Shown: positions 26,028-38,699 of the stretch, one piece after another
How positions within the stretch are numbered: the stretch's first letter is position 1
Layout of the letters: the number at the start of each line of letters is the position of its first letter
Source: Eledone cirrhosa
Taxonomy: Eukaryota
DNA: 64,000 nt
Direction of reading: 5' to 3'
Assembly: GCA_964016885.1 (NCBI GenBank)
Contig: OZ024741.1
Span: 126,666,001-126,730,000, forward strand
Program-made: the position numbers and the translations under genes
Notes under the pieces: generated by a model
The model's database searches: none
What the model saw: only the letters and a program-made list of their open reading frames with translations
What the model was told of the DNA's origin: nothing

Positions 26028-29000
26028 TAAATCGCACCTTGAATTTCTCACTGGACTTATCTCTCTTTCCCTCTCTCTTTCCCTCTCTAACATTTTCCCT
26101 ACCCTTCCCGCTATCTCTCTTTCTCCCTCCACAGCGAAATGGACTGCATGCAGGTAAAAGGTGAAATTAAAAGCCAGCGAAACTGGTCAAAGATGGAACT
26201 AGCGATTTTGATCAAAGGGTGGAGCCCGGCCGATGGGTCACCACCAACCAAAAAAATTGTGGAGACCCTGAGGAACCATGGCTTCCTGAGGACTCTGGCG
26301 CAGATAGAAAGAAAAAGAAAAGAAATCGAGAAGGCCTATGAACTCATAGCGCCACATATCTCGATGCTAAGCCGTGTCCTAAAGGAGGAGAAAAACGGGG
26401 AGAAAGAGAGAGGAAAGGAAAAAGAAAAAGAAAAAGAAAAAGAAAAAGAAAAGGAAGAAAGCCCAAGCACGGACCTGAAAGAAAGTGAGATACCCGCCGC
26501 CACAGTCAGGGAGGGCAGGTCGGGCAACCAACAAGCAAACTGTAAAGGTGAGAAGCGAAATCACCTTCCGAAAGAGAACCATGCGGAGAGGGAGCAGTGG
26601 ACAACTGTCCAAAGGAAGAACAAATATCACCAAGACACTGGGAGCAAGAAAACCCAGGTAATGTGCAAGTTCTTCAGGAACGGGACCTGCTGGCATGGAG
26701 AGACAGGGGTGGGCTGCAGATTCGCTCACCCCAGGCCCCAAACGAACTCTGCCCATGCCCATCCTACTCGCGCAACATGCCCCAGCCAAAGTCAAAACAA
26801 GCTGCTCCAGAAGTATGCTGAAGTCGCGCGTGCCACGCCAACAAGGAGAAGGCACACACATGCCGACGAGATACAGATGACAGCAGCAGAGCAGAAAAAT
26901 GTTTTAGTGATGGCAGAGAAGATTGGGGGCCAGCTGACCTGGCTGCATCGTTTTCGGAGCCAGGGTCACCCACAACAGCACTTGAGACCACCACAATTAA
27001 GAGACCCAGAGTGGCCGCCGCTGACATCAGGCTAGGTGTCATACCGACAGCCATTGCTGGCACTCCAAAAGTCACACCAGTGCTGCTGCTGAATGTCAGA
27101 GGCCTGGTAAAACTCACTAACATGAGTAAAATTTCCTACCTAGGAGACTTAGCCATAAGCAATCAAGCATTATGCATGGCAATAATCGAAACGCACCCGA
27201 CAAGCAGTATAGCAGATGCAGAAATACATATACCGAAATATACTGTATTTCGTTCGGACAGGATGGAGAGAACTCATGGTGGGGTTGCTCTGTATATCCG
27301 TGAAGATGTCACACCAATTGTACTGTTGATATATATTCAAACTCAGTCTGTGACACACTGATAGTACATATGAAGCAACTAAAGACAGTAATATGTGTCA
27401 CATATCGGCCGCCCGATGCCCCCAGTCATGAGGGTAAATTTGAGGATAGCCTCAGTAGGATAGAAGAGGTCCTTCACAAACTGGACCAGGGTCTCAACAT
27501 TCTACTGCTGGGAGACTTCAACCTGCCAAAGGTCAAATGGCATGAGGGCCACCTCCTCCCTGGAATGATGTCAATAGAACAGAGACAGACGGAATCCCTG
27601 CTGGCCCTCACACACAGGCTGTTCATGGAACAAGCAGTACTCCTCCCAACAAGAGGCGAAAATGTCCTGGACCTCTGTTTTACAAACAACGAAGTGCTCA
27701 TCCCCAATGTAAAGGTGACACCAACAATTTTCTCGGATCATAACTTATTAGAACCAATGATATGTGGTCCGAGAGAACCAACAGAGACACAACCATCAAG
27801 TAGCATCCGGACGTTATCCGGCCTTAACTTCTACAAGGCTAACTGGAAAAAGATCAAGAGAGATCCGGAAGCAAATATGAAGGAAACAAAACCGCCACAC
27901 AAGACACCAACACATAATTTCAACACTTCATGACAACGATACACGCTATATGCAAGAAGTTTGTCCCTGAGAAAAAGGCAAACAGACACAAACATCTTAT
28001 TCCCAGAGATAGGAAATTCCTCATGAGACGTAGAACCAAGCTCTCAAACCAGTTGAATGTACAACAAGAAAACAAGATCAAGAAGGAACCCTATTTGAAA
28101 CGTGCTCTACTTGACACCAGGATTGCACTCAAACTGTCCCATGAAAATGAGAGGGCAAAGGGAAAGCAGAGCCATAGAAAATATTAAAACAAACCCTAAG
28201 GCCTTCTTTAAATTTGCAAAAGAAACAGCCTCGTTACACTGCAAGATTGGTCCACTCTTCCATACAGACGGTTCATTAACCTAGAATCCCCAAGAGATAT
28301 GTGAAATACTGAACGAACATTACAAAAGTGTGTTCACATGTCCACTGAGGCACATGCAAATAACAAAGCCAGAGGAGTTCTTTGATGCCACAACACTACA
28401 TGAAGATATGGCGACCATCAACTACATAGACATAACGGAGGAGGAGTGGTATACGCCATAGATGAAACTAGAACAGACTCAGCTGCTGGGCCTGATGGAT
28501 TCCCAGCAGTCCTCTTAAAAACATGTAAGCGGGCCTTAGCAACTCCACTGAAGATGCTCTTCAGAAGCTCCTTGGCTAGCGGTATACTACCCAGGGAGCT
28601 GAAAGAAGGCACAATATGCCCTATCCATAAAGGAGGTAGCAGAGCGGAGACCAAGAACTATAGGCCAGTCTCCCTGACTTCGCATATCAGTAAGGTCATG
28701 GAGCGAGTTGTCAGAAGGAAACTGATCACTTTCCTCGAGGAAAATGACCGCCTGACTAGCACGCAGCATGGCTTTCGCCTAGTAAGAAGCTGCCTTACAC
28801 AGCTGCTACATCACTACGACTGGGTACTGACACAACTGCTAGACAGCTCACATGTGGACGTGATATATCTTGACTTCGCGAAGGCCTTTGACAAGGTCGA
28901 CCACGGAATGACATGTCACAAACTACACGGACTCGACATAACTGGAAAAGTAGGTGAGTGGCTGCTTGACTTCTTAAAGGACAGAAGCCAGACAGTCACA

Positions 29001-30093
29001 GCAAACGGGGCCCTCTCAAAGGAAACATTAATAACAAGTGGAGTGTCCCAAGGGACAGTCCTGGGACCACTACTGTTTTTGGTGGCTCTCTCAGACACGC
29101 CCACTCTAGTACATACAACAACATCTCTCACTAGCTATGCTGATGACACTAAGGTAGCACAGGCAATCAAAAACCCGGCTGACGCAGCCCTTTTACAACA
29201 AGATCTAGATTCCATATACAAATGGGCGGAAGAAAACAACATGCAGTTTAATGCTGGCGAATTCCAAGCCCTACAATACAACTACACAGGACCAGGAGGA
29301 ACCGTTATCCCCGTGTCAAAATCGATACGAGACCTGGGTATAGACATGAGCGATGATGCATCTTTTTCCTCACACATCATGAAAGTGGCGACAATGTGCA
29401 GACGACTCGCTGGCTGGATCTTGAGGACTTTCCGGACAAGAGACCGTGACACCATGTTGACACTATGGAGGACATTTGACCTAAGCCGCCTGGACTATTG
29501 CTCACAGTTGTGGTTACCCCATAATGTCAAATTAACCACGGAGCTTGAGGCAATCCAGCGAAGCTACAGCAAGAGGATTGCCACGATGAAGGAGATAATC
29601 TACTGGTAGAGGCTAAAAGAACTGAACCTCTACTCCTTGGAACGAAGACGTGAGAGATACGCAATGATCTACATGTGGAAAATCCTGGAGGGACTAGCAC
29701 CAAACTTTGGCATTGGGAGCTGGACCAACCGTCGAACAGGACGTCACTGTGTGGTGCCAAAGGTCCCGTCTTCCACATCTAGAATAAGGAGCAGATACTG
29801 TAATAGCCTGGGATTCAACGGCTCTCAACTCTTCAACAAGCTGCCAAGGGATCTGAGAGATCTGCATGGTGTGAAGGTGGAGGTCTTCTAGAAACATCTC
29901 GACACCTTGCTATCCAGGATCCCGGATGAGCCCACAGCAAGGCATGAGGGAAACCTAAGGGCAGCAGCAACAAACACCCTTTTACACCAGTGGCCAACCA
30001 ATACAGGCTGGAGATAAAATGTGTAGCGACAAGGGCGGTGCCACAGCATGGCCTCAGCCGGATGGCTGGAACAGGTAAAGGAGTAAAAGAGTA
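25900..30093 (+). mobile_element. CR1/L2-group LINE, near full length, ORF2 disrupted; 3' stem-loop and GTAAAAGA-type tail
   Basis: ORF2 pieces: LLNVRGL, HGGVALY, YRPP, LGDFNLP, LDLCF, SDHN (APE); AAGPDG, NYRPVSLTS, QHGFR, YLDFAKAFDKVDH, SGVSQGTVLGP, YADDTK (RT); RLDYCS; ERRRER. 5' boundary approximate. Confidence 0.9.
26139..27035 (+). CDS. LINE ORF1, 298 aa: N-terminal Myb/SANT(trihelix)-like helices, KE repeat, CCCH zinc finger
   Basis: RNWSKMELAILIKGW..LRNHGFLRTLAQIERKRKEIEKAY; CKFFRNGTCWHGETGVGCRFAHP; directly upstream of and overlapping ORF2. Confidence 0.75.
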   Translation: MDCMQVKGEIKSQRNWSKMELAILIKGWSPADGSPPTKKIVETLRNHGFLRTLAQIERKRKEIEKAYELIAPHISMLSRVLKEEKNGEKERGKEKEKEKEKEKEKEESPSTDLKESEIPAATVREGRSGNQQANCKGEKRNHLPKENHAEREQWTTVQRKNKYHQDTGSKKTQVMCKFFRNGTCWHGETGVGCRFAHPRPQTNSAHAHPTRATCPSQSQNKLLQKYAEVARATPTRRRHTHADEIQMTAAEQKNVLVMAEKIGGQLTWLHRFRSQGHPQQHLRPPQLRDPEWPPLTSG

Positions 30094-30145
30094 ATATATA
30101 TATATATATACATATATTTATATATATATATACATATATATGTAT

Positions 30146-30199
<54 letters not shown>

Positions 30200-30306
30200 A
30201 TAATAATAAAATTGAAGACTAAAATCCAAAGAGGGCTCGATAAGGAAAATATATATCTATTCTTTGCTTAAACTTTAATCTGTTATATTAATAAATAAAT
30301 AAATAA

Positions 30307-30400
<94 letters not shown>

Positions 30401-31260
30401 CGTTTCTGAATTTGTTTAGCAAGATTCTTTATCTGAAATCGTGTGTTGAAACCGATATTGTTATACTTTGGGAGGGTCATGTTGCCAATAAGAAACACAC
30501 GCACCAGTTGCTTTCACTTCAATTTATTATATATTTATAAATTTATAAATTTACAAATCTACAAACTTATAAATTTCTGGTTGGTTGTTTGGTTCCACAA
30601 CCAGATAGTTGTTTATATATAGTCATAGTCCTTTCGTCACACACTCTGTGACCTCTTCAGTGACTGGGATTCCTTTCTTTGTTTCTGTGCCTTTCCTTTC
30701 TTCTATCCTACGCCATTTTGTTTCTGTGTGTGTGTTGTGTGTTCAGTTTGCGCATCGCCACATCCGGGTGTCTGTGTGTGTTTGTGTTCATTTATCTATT
30801 TGTTTATTTATTTATTTATTTATTGTTGGTTGTTTGTTCTATGTGTGTGTGTGTTTTCATTTTGTCCTTAATTGTAAGTTGTGATGTTGCTGTTCCACTC
30901 ATATTTTCTATTTAATTTTGGTTGTAATTCTTTTATGCTTACTGCCTCTGTAATTTGCCTAAACATTGCATCTTTTCTGTGTGTGGATTCTATTTTTATT
31001 TCTATGTTCTCTAATTTACCCCTGTGTTCTATCTTAGCATGTTGGTAGAGCACAGATGATTCTTTATTATCTTGAAGGTCTCGCCAGTGTTCATTTATTC
31101 GTTCCCCTATACTACGAGCTGTCTCACATATGTACACTATATTTTTGTTTCTACATTGTCCTTCAGTACATCTTATGCTATACACTACATTTCTAGTTTT
31201 ACAGTTAATATGGGGGCTTATTTTACAGGTTATAGATTTCTTATCTATACATGAGGGTCT

Positions 31261-34200
31261 TTGGAACGGGTATGTCTTGCTAATAAGTGTTTTTACGGAG
31301 GTACCTGGTCTTTCTACTATCTTAATATTGAGTTTATTGACGGTATCAACACGGTTGGTCCAGCTCCCAAAATTGACGGTATCAACATGGCCGACACCCC
31401 ATTCTCAGAAGAGTTCAACAACAAAAACACCAACATTTATGGGAACACAAAAATAGATAATGATGAAATGTCTGTGTTATGTCTGCCGCCCAAATTTGCG
31501 ACATTCAAGAAGGTAAATATGATCAGTTGTCTGTCAGAAATAGAAAAATCATTTACAAAACTACGCTGGAGCATCAAAAACAAAAGCAACAATATACGCA
31601 CACACATATACAACACACATCCCAACAACAACAGACACACAGACACAAACAACAATAACAACAACACACACATCAACAACAACAATAGCAACATACCCAG
31701 AAACAACAACAACAGACACGCAGACACAAACAACAATAACAACACACACAACAACGATAACACACACGGAGACAACAACAACACACGTCAACAACAGCAC
31801 ACATCAACAACAACAACACACACGCATTCAATGCCTCTCACCACCACCACAATCTTAAACACACAGACACAGAAAACAAGTAATGACAGTAGCACAGAAA
31901 TCAGAGAAATAAGGGAAAGTAATAAGATTAAAAGGAAAAGGAGATGGGAGACTAAGGACAAAGAGAATAACCAAGACGAACACACAGACACACAAAATAG
32001 GGTAGATAACAACATTGAGCCAGTGGAAAGAGACAGGAGTAATTATGAGAGACATAGAAACAACCATGAGGCTGTTGGTGGAAATAGAAATAGAAACAAC
32101 ACAACTAACAATAACAATAGCACTAGTACAAATAAAGCAGCAGCCTGGAACTCTCCGTTTTATAATCCCTCCGATAAATCATTCGACCTACGACGAGTCC
32201 ACGCCACGACTTTACCATTTAACAAACGCACGCAGTTGCCGTCGCAGGTCGATGAACAAACAGAAGCACAATTTAGTATAGCTAAATCCGAACTTAGAAA
32301 TATTATAGAACAGTATAGCAAGAAGCATAATAGAATAGAGGCCCAGCAACTGGGAGAAAAATCTGCAAATGGCTTGCGTAAGCTCATGCAGCGCTCGCGT
32401 AATGGAGAGATAGCATGCTTTCCAACAGACAAGTCTGGCAGAATGTCGGTTGACAGCCTGCCAAACTACATCCAGGCAATGCAACCCCACATCACTAACA
32501 CAAGAGAGGTAACACCACAGGAGCATGAGGATAGAGAAAAAGCCCTCAATGCCCATATGGTGATGTGGACGAATATAATGCAGCCCAACAAAAGGACTGC
32601 CAACAACTTCCAGGCCTGGAACAATGACGTGCCGGCGTTGTATGGGCTTCGAAAAGACCATAAAACGGGCTGTGACCCTGTCGCGGGACCACCAACACGG
32701 CCAGTCTGTGGAGCTAACATTGCTAGTAACTACAGACTGTCCTACTTCCTCTCCCTGATCATACGCCCCATCATTGAGATGTCCCCAGATGTATGTGACA
32801 GCACGGAGGACCTCCTCAGCAGAATCGGCGCGAGTAACCGATCTGGGGACCTAACAAACTGCATAATAGGCAGTATGGATGTTGTGTCCCTGTATCCATC
32901 TAATGACGTGGATTTTGCTGTGGAGAAATGCGTAGAAATGATCAGCGAGAGCAAGGTTGAGTTCCGTGGGATTGATACCAGTGAGCTGGGACTTCTACTT
33001 AAGCTTACCCATATTAATAGTTACCTAGACACTTATGACCTTAGCAACCTGTGCCCTACAAGACCAGCAAGAGGCAGACCACCTACCATTACCTCAATGG
33101 CCAAGAAAACCCACACAGATAGATGGAATGGGTGGACCAGAGCCATACGGACACCCGAAAACCACGATGAACTGAAGAAAATGATTGCACATGCGGTAGG
33201 GGCCAGCATAAAATTAACCCTTAAGGAACATATGTTCAAATTTAATGGTAAAACATATGCCCAAGAGGAAGGAGCCGCCATTGGTGTTAGCATTGCAGGC
33301 GACATAGCTAACTTATTCATGGTATGGTGGGACAGTAGACTTAAACAAAAACTTAAAGAACAATTAGAAGACAGCTTAACCCTGATAATGTACTCCCGCT
33401 TCGTAGATGATATAAACATCGTAGTTAAGACACCCCCACTAAAGAACAGTCAGGAACTAGAGAAAAACACAATGGAAAGCATCCAGCAAATAGCAAACTC
33501 CATCCACCAGAGCATTAGAGTTACTATAGACTACCCAAGTAGACACCCCAACCATCGATTACCTGTACTAGACACAGAGCTCTGGTTAGATACCATTAAC
33601 AACCCAAAACAAATCCTCCATTCCCATTATGCCAAACCCATGACTTCCAAACATCTGATCCACCGAAACTCGGCCATTTCGGACCATACCAAAATCAACA
33701 TACTGATTGCGGATTTGGTACGGGTGATGAGAAATGTGTCCCGCATGTGCAACCCCAAAGAACTAGAGAGACACATACAACACTTCATCCACCGTATGCA
33801 GTTCTCTGGCTACAATCAGAGAGATAGAATAAGAGTGTATAGAGGAGCCAGAACCAAATGGGAAAAAATGGTAAATAATGACATAAATGGGACCTGCCCC
33901 TTGTATAGGAGCAAATTTTGGAATAGAATAGAAAGAACTAGGAACAAGGCCAATAGAATAAACTCATGGTATGATAGCAATACATACCAGAGTGTAATGT
34001 TCATCAATACAACCCCTAGAGGCGAACTAGCCTACAAATTTAGAAGGGCCCTAAATAAACATAAACTCAATATTAAGATAGTAGAAAGACCAGGTACCTC
34101 CGTAAAAACACTTATTAGCAAGACATACCCGTTCCAAAGACCCTCATGTATAGATAAGAAATCTATAACCTGTAAAATAAGCCCCCATATTAACTGTAAA

Positions 34201-34530
34201 ACTAGAAATGTAGTGTATAGCATAAGATGTACTGAAGGACAATGTAGAAACAAAAATATAGTGTACATAGGTGAGACAGCTCGTAGTATAGGGGAACGAA
34301 TAAATGAACACTGGCGAGACCTTCAAGATAATAAAGAATCATCTGTGCTCTACCAACATGCTAAGATAGAACACAGGGGTAGATTAGAGAACATAGAAAT
34401 AAAAATAGAATCCACACACAGAAAAGATGCAATGTTTAGGCAAATTACAGAGGCAGTAAGCATAAGAGAATTACAACTAAAATTAAATAGAAAATATGAG
34501 TGGAACAGCAACATCACAACTTACAATTAA
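31261..34530 (+). CDS. PLE polyprotein (RT + GIY-YIG). The first ~26 codons come from the inverted repeat; the element-derived frame starts near 31340
   Basis: Motifs VLCLPPKF, TDKSGR, PALYGLRKDHK, PTRPV, GSMDVVSLYPS, GAAIG, YSRFVDD, LPVLD, NVVYSIRC..YIGETARSIGERINEH, RQITEAVSI..LNRKYEW. Confidence 0.92.
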   Translation: MERVCLANKCFYGGTWSFYYLNIEFIDGINTVGPAPKIDGINMADTPFSEEFNNKNTNIYGNTKIDNDEMSVLCLPPKFATFKKVNMISCLSEIEKSFTKLRWSIKNKSNNIRTHIYNTHPNNNRHTDTNNNNNNTHINNNNSNIPRNNNNRHADTNNNNNTHNNDNTHGDNNNTRQQQHTSTTTTHTHSMPLTTTTILNTQTQKTSNDSSTEIREIRESNKIKRKRRWETKDKENNQDEHTDTQNRVDNNIEPVERDRSNYERHRNNHEAVGGNRNRNNTTNNNNSTSTNKAAAWNSPFYNPSDKSFDLRRVHATTLPFNKRTQLPSQVDEQTEAQFSIAKSELRNIIEQYSKKHNRIEAQQLGEKSANGLRKLMQRSRNGEIACFPTDKSGRMSVDSLPNYIQAMQPHITNTREVTPQEHEDREKALNAHMVMWTNIMQPNKRTANNFQAWNNDVPALYGLRKDHKTGCDPVAGPPTRPVCGANIASNYRLSYFLSLIIRPIIEMSPDVCDSTEDLLSRIGASNRSGDLTNCIIGSMDVVSLYPSNDVDFAVEKCVEMISESKVEFRGIDTSELGLLLKLTHINSYLDTYDLSNLCPTRPARGRPPTITSMAKKTHTDRWNGWTRAIRTPENHDELKKMIAHAVGASIKLTLKEHMFKFNGKTYAQEEGAAIGVSIAGDIANLFMVWWDSRLKQKLKEQLEDSLTLIMYSRFVDDINIVVKTPPLKNSQELEKNTMESIQQIANSIHQSIRVTIDYPSRHPNHRLPVLDTELWLDTINNPKQILHSHYAKPMTSKHLIHRNSAISDHTKINILIADLVRVMRNVSRMCNPKELERHIQHFIHRMQFSGYNQRDRIRVYRGARTKWEKMVNNDINGTCPLYRSKFWNRIERTRNKANRINSWYDSNTYQSVMFINTTPRGELAYKFRRALNKHKLNIKIVERPGTSVKTLISKTYPFQRPSCIDKKSITCKISPHINCKTRNVVYSIRCTEGQCRNKNIVYIGETARSIGERINEHWRDLQDNKESSVLYQHAKIEHRGRLENIEIKIESTHRKDAMFRQITEAVSIRELQLKLNRKYEWNSNITTYN

Positions 34531-34726
34531 GGACAAAATGAAAACACACACACACATAGAACAAACAACCAACCAACAATAAATAAATAAATAAATAAAC
34601 AAATAGATAAATGAACACAAACACACACAGACACCCGGATGTGGCGCATGCGCAAACTGAACACACAGAAACAAAATGGCGTAGGATAGAAGAAAGGAAA
34701 GGCACAGAAACAAAGAAAGGAATCCC

Positions 34727-34771
34727 AGTCACTGAAGAGGTCACAGAGTGTGTGACGAAAGGACTATGACT
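34727..34771 (+). ncRNA. Minimal type I hammerhead in the pLTR; mirror at 30621-30665 (-)
   Basis: AGTCA-CTGAAGA-G GTCACA gagtg TGTGAC-GAAA-GGAC-TA-TGACT. Confidence 0.85.
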
Positions 34772-34929
34772 ATATATAAACAACTATCTGGTTGTGGAAC
34801 CAACCAACCAACCAGAAATTTATATGTTTGTAGATTTGTAAATTTATAAATTTATAAATATATAATAAATTGAAGTGAAAGCAACTGGTGCGTGTGTTTC
34901 TTATTGGCAACATGACCCTCCCAAAGTAT

Positions 34930-34978
<49 letters not shown>

Positions 34979-35282
34979 TAAATTAGCGAGAATCGTATTT
35001 CTGCTTAGGAATTAACGAAAAACAACTTCTATATATATATATATCTAGGGAGTGTAACTTTGAGTTACTGCAGGTTCACCCGGGTGAGCACTCGATGTTT
35101 AGGTTCACTTCTGTGTTGAGGTGTAGAGCTTTCTTATACAATTTTAAAGGGTCCCTAGAGCTGCCGATTATTGAGTCGAGTAAGATCGATACAGATCGAA
35201 CATTGAGCTGATCAGTGGCGAAACGCGCGTCACCTACCAAGAAATGTAATGAAGGAGTAACCAATCGTCCATGTTATCCTTT

Positions 35283-35349
<67 letters not shown>

Positions 35350-35446
35350 CTTTTTTTAGACGATCGACTTTCGTCAAATCGGACCGAGGGAACAATGTTT
35401 CCGTTGGTCTTTCCAATTGCTAATACTATCTATCGGTCGCAACTCC

Positions 35447-35509
<63 letters not shown>

Positions 35510-35537
35510 TATGTATATATATATATATACATATATG

Positions 35538-35607
<70 letters not shown>

Positions 35608-35653
35608 CATATATGTATATATATATATATATGTATATGTATATATATATACA

Positions 35654-35711
<58 letters not shown>

Positions 35712-35805
35712 CATTTATATACATGCGTATATATATCTATATATATGTATATATATATACATATATGTATATATATATATATATGTATATGTATATATAT
35801 ATACA

Positions 35806-35849
<44 letters not shown>

Positions 35850-36264
35850 CATTTATATACATGCGTATATATATCTATATATATGTATATATATATATAT
35901 ATATATACATTTATATACATGCATATATATATATACATATATATATATACATTTATATATATACTTTATATATATATATACATATATACATACAAACTTT
36001 CATTGGGAGATTTTCGATCTATATCTTCTATAGTGTATTCAATAAATTCTATGAAATTCTCAAGACGGCTAGGTTATAATTCATCACGTTGCTTTTAGCA
36101 TTTTCCTTCCTTGTAACCAGTCTCATATTTCTTCAAACGTGAATGAACGAAGTTGTTATTCAATATGCAAATACAATTTTAAACTTAAGTATACACATAC
36201 ACAACAACATGTATACATGTATACATGTATATAAGAAAATATCTGTTTATGTATTATATATATA

Positions 36265-36320
<56 letters not shown>

Positions 36321-36444
36321 CAAATATACAGTAAAGTGACCAGTGAAAAAACTTGGTACATCTACATATGTATACGTGTGTGTATTCATATACATACTAG
36401 TATTTCAGTATTTCAGTATACATATATGGATGTACATCTTTAAC

Positions 36445-36546
<102 letters not shown>

Positions 36547-36689
36547 AAATACATACGTGTATATAAATATACGCATATACGCATATACGCATATGTATAT
36601 ATACACACACACACACAATTATATATATATATGTATATGTATGTATATATATATATATATATACATAAATATATATATATATATAAACA

Positions 36690-36755
<66 letters not shown>

Positions 36756-36877
36756 TCTCTCTCCACCACCGGATCTTGTTACCCGGAGATTTACCTATCT
36801 GCATTGTCGAGGAGGCTTCCAAACAACATAAATAAATTTACCTTATTATTCCACAATGCTTCAAGCAAACTTCAATA

Positions 36878-36956
<79 letters not shown>

Positions 36957-38296
36957 GTATATACATATAGATATGCTTTGTGTGTATATGTATGTGTCCG
37001 TGTGAGTGCGTGAGTTTTGCGATCACGTTTTGCTTCTGGTGTGAGTGGTTATCTTCCTATGCATAGTGATTATGTTGAATGTCGTTTGTATTTTTTTCAA
37101 GTTAACTTGGAAAATAGTTGCTTGAATTATTTTCGTTCATCTGAAATATATCAAAAATAATAGACAAGTGGCATCTATAAACATACCCTGACAGCTATTT
37201 TATAATTCTATATAAATGTATACGTGCAGAATTGAAAAGTTTCTACAATTAAGTCAATGTTTGGCTTGGTTTTTACTAAAACACGTTTTTTTAATTACTG
37301 GAATGATATTTATTGATCGTAAAGAATCTAAATATGAAAATATTCTAAGCGTATTAGAATAATATTAAACCTTTCTCGGATATGGAAAAGAAAACTGCAA
37401 TCTACAGTTCGCGAGTACTACAGTATAACTATCGTATGTGAAAGTTTAGAAGTCGATACCATGGAAAAGTGAACCTTCTTACATTTGGAGTTTTCCTCAT
37501 ATTTCATGTAAATGGCGATCCCAGCTCTTCAGTGATAACAGACCAGCATTTGAGAATTAAGGTATTATTCTGAATATAAATGTTACGATGAGGAAATTAA
37601 TTTTACTATAAATATGTCTGACACCATAATAAGTAATTCGTGATAACAATTTCTATAAACGATAGAAATAAATTCTATTGAGTTTGCCTCGATTCAGTCA
37701 AGTGTGGTCATGACGATGATAACGACTAAACTAGAAGTGATCTAATTTATTTGAAATAACATGATTTTATAGTATCAAAGTGAATACAAGCTCATATATA
37801 GTTATAAAGGTTATGACAGAGTGGAAAGTTCTTGCAAGCTACACTGCTTTATATTACTTCTATAAACATTAATTTCATTTTCACAGTGATTATAATCTAA
37901 TTCTATAAAGTGTCTTCAAGCTCAGTTCAAACCTGCAATTGTTTCCCTTACATATAGTGAGAGAGGCGTTATCAATGAAATAAGTACCGCTTTGAATTTT
38001 CGCATCCTTCACATGATTAACTGAAAAACAAAACACCGAATTTTAATATGAAAGTGTTTCCTAGAACAAGGGATGTATTCTTTTAATCTGGTATTCATTT
38101 ATTCTAGTTTTTTTTCGTATTGTTTCATTCACTGGTTTCGGTCATTAGACAGGTGTAAAGCTAAGGCATGGTTGCCTCCAATTCTTATCGTTGATTAACC
38201 ACAGTACTTATTTCACTTTATTTGTTGTTGAAACAAAGAGGCACGTCATAAACAGTACTTTGCAAACATAAAAACAGCACACGCATTTATATATGT

Positions 38297-38583
38297 ATAG
38301 AAACGATCGTAAAGCAGTGAAGTATATCTCTAATGACTTGATTTTTTATTTCATTGTTTTAACTTATATCATGACTCTGTTTTCCTTTTAATGTTTTGTT
38401 GTTTTCCGGGATTTATCTTAACCTACAACACTTTCAACATATGGATTACATTGAGTTCTTCATGCAGAATAGATCCCACAACTTACCGTGGATATCTGTG
38501 TGTATATATATATTCAGAAGATCCCGTTAAGGGTGAAAGCAGCGATTCTTTGCTTAAACTTTAATCTGTTATTTTAATAAATA
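38297..38583 (+). repeat. Two adjacent solo pLTR fragments: 10020-10230 family (38297-38490) and 13251 family (38513-38583)
   Basis: TAGAAACGATCGTAAAGCAGTG..CTTACCGTG and TTCAGAAGATCCCGTTAAGGG..TTAATAAATA match those families. Confidence 0.88.
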
Positions 38584-38699
38584 TATATATATATATATAT
38601 ATATAATTGAATTTCCCGTCATTTCGGCATATGAGGGTCCAACAGTACGATCCAAAGTTCTGATGTTTTCTTTTATGAAACTTTAATCGAGCCAATGAT

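Larger units (their letters stand above)
30455..34937 (+). mobile_element. Penelope-like retroelement, 5'-truncated, preceded by an inverted copy (30455-31337) of its own 3' ~880 bp (34061-34937)
   Basis: 30455-31337 is the near-identical reverse complement of 34061-34937; ORFs 30868-31185(-) and the C-terminus of 31261-34530(+) give almost the same peptide. Confidence 0.93.

Noticed and set aside
35140-35240. Hammerhead 3' half GGC-GAAA-CGCGCG-TC
   Set aside because: No recognisable CUGANGA or UUGANAA core at the matching position
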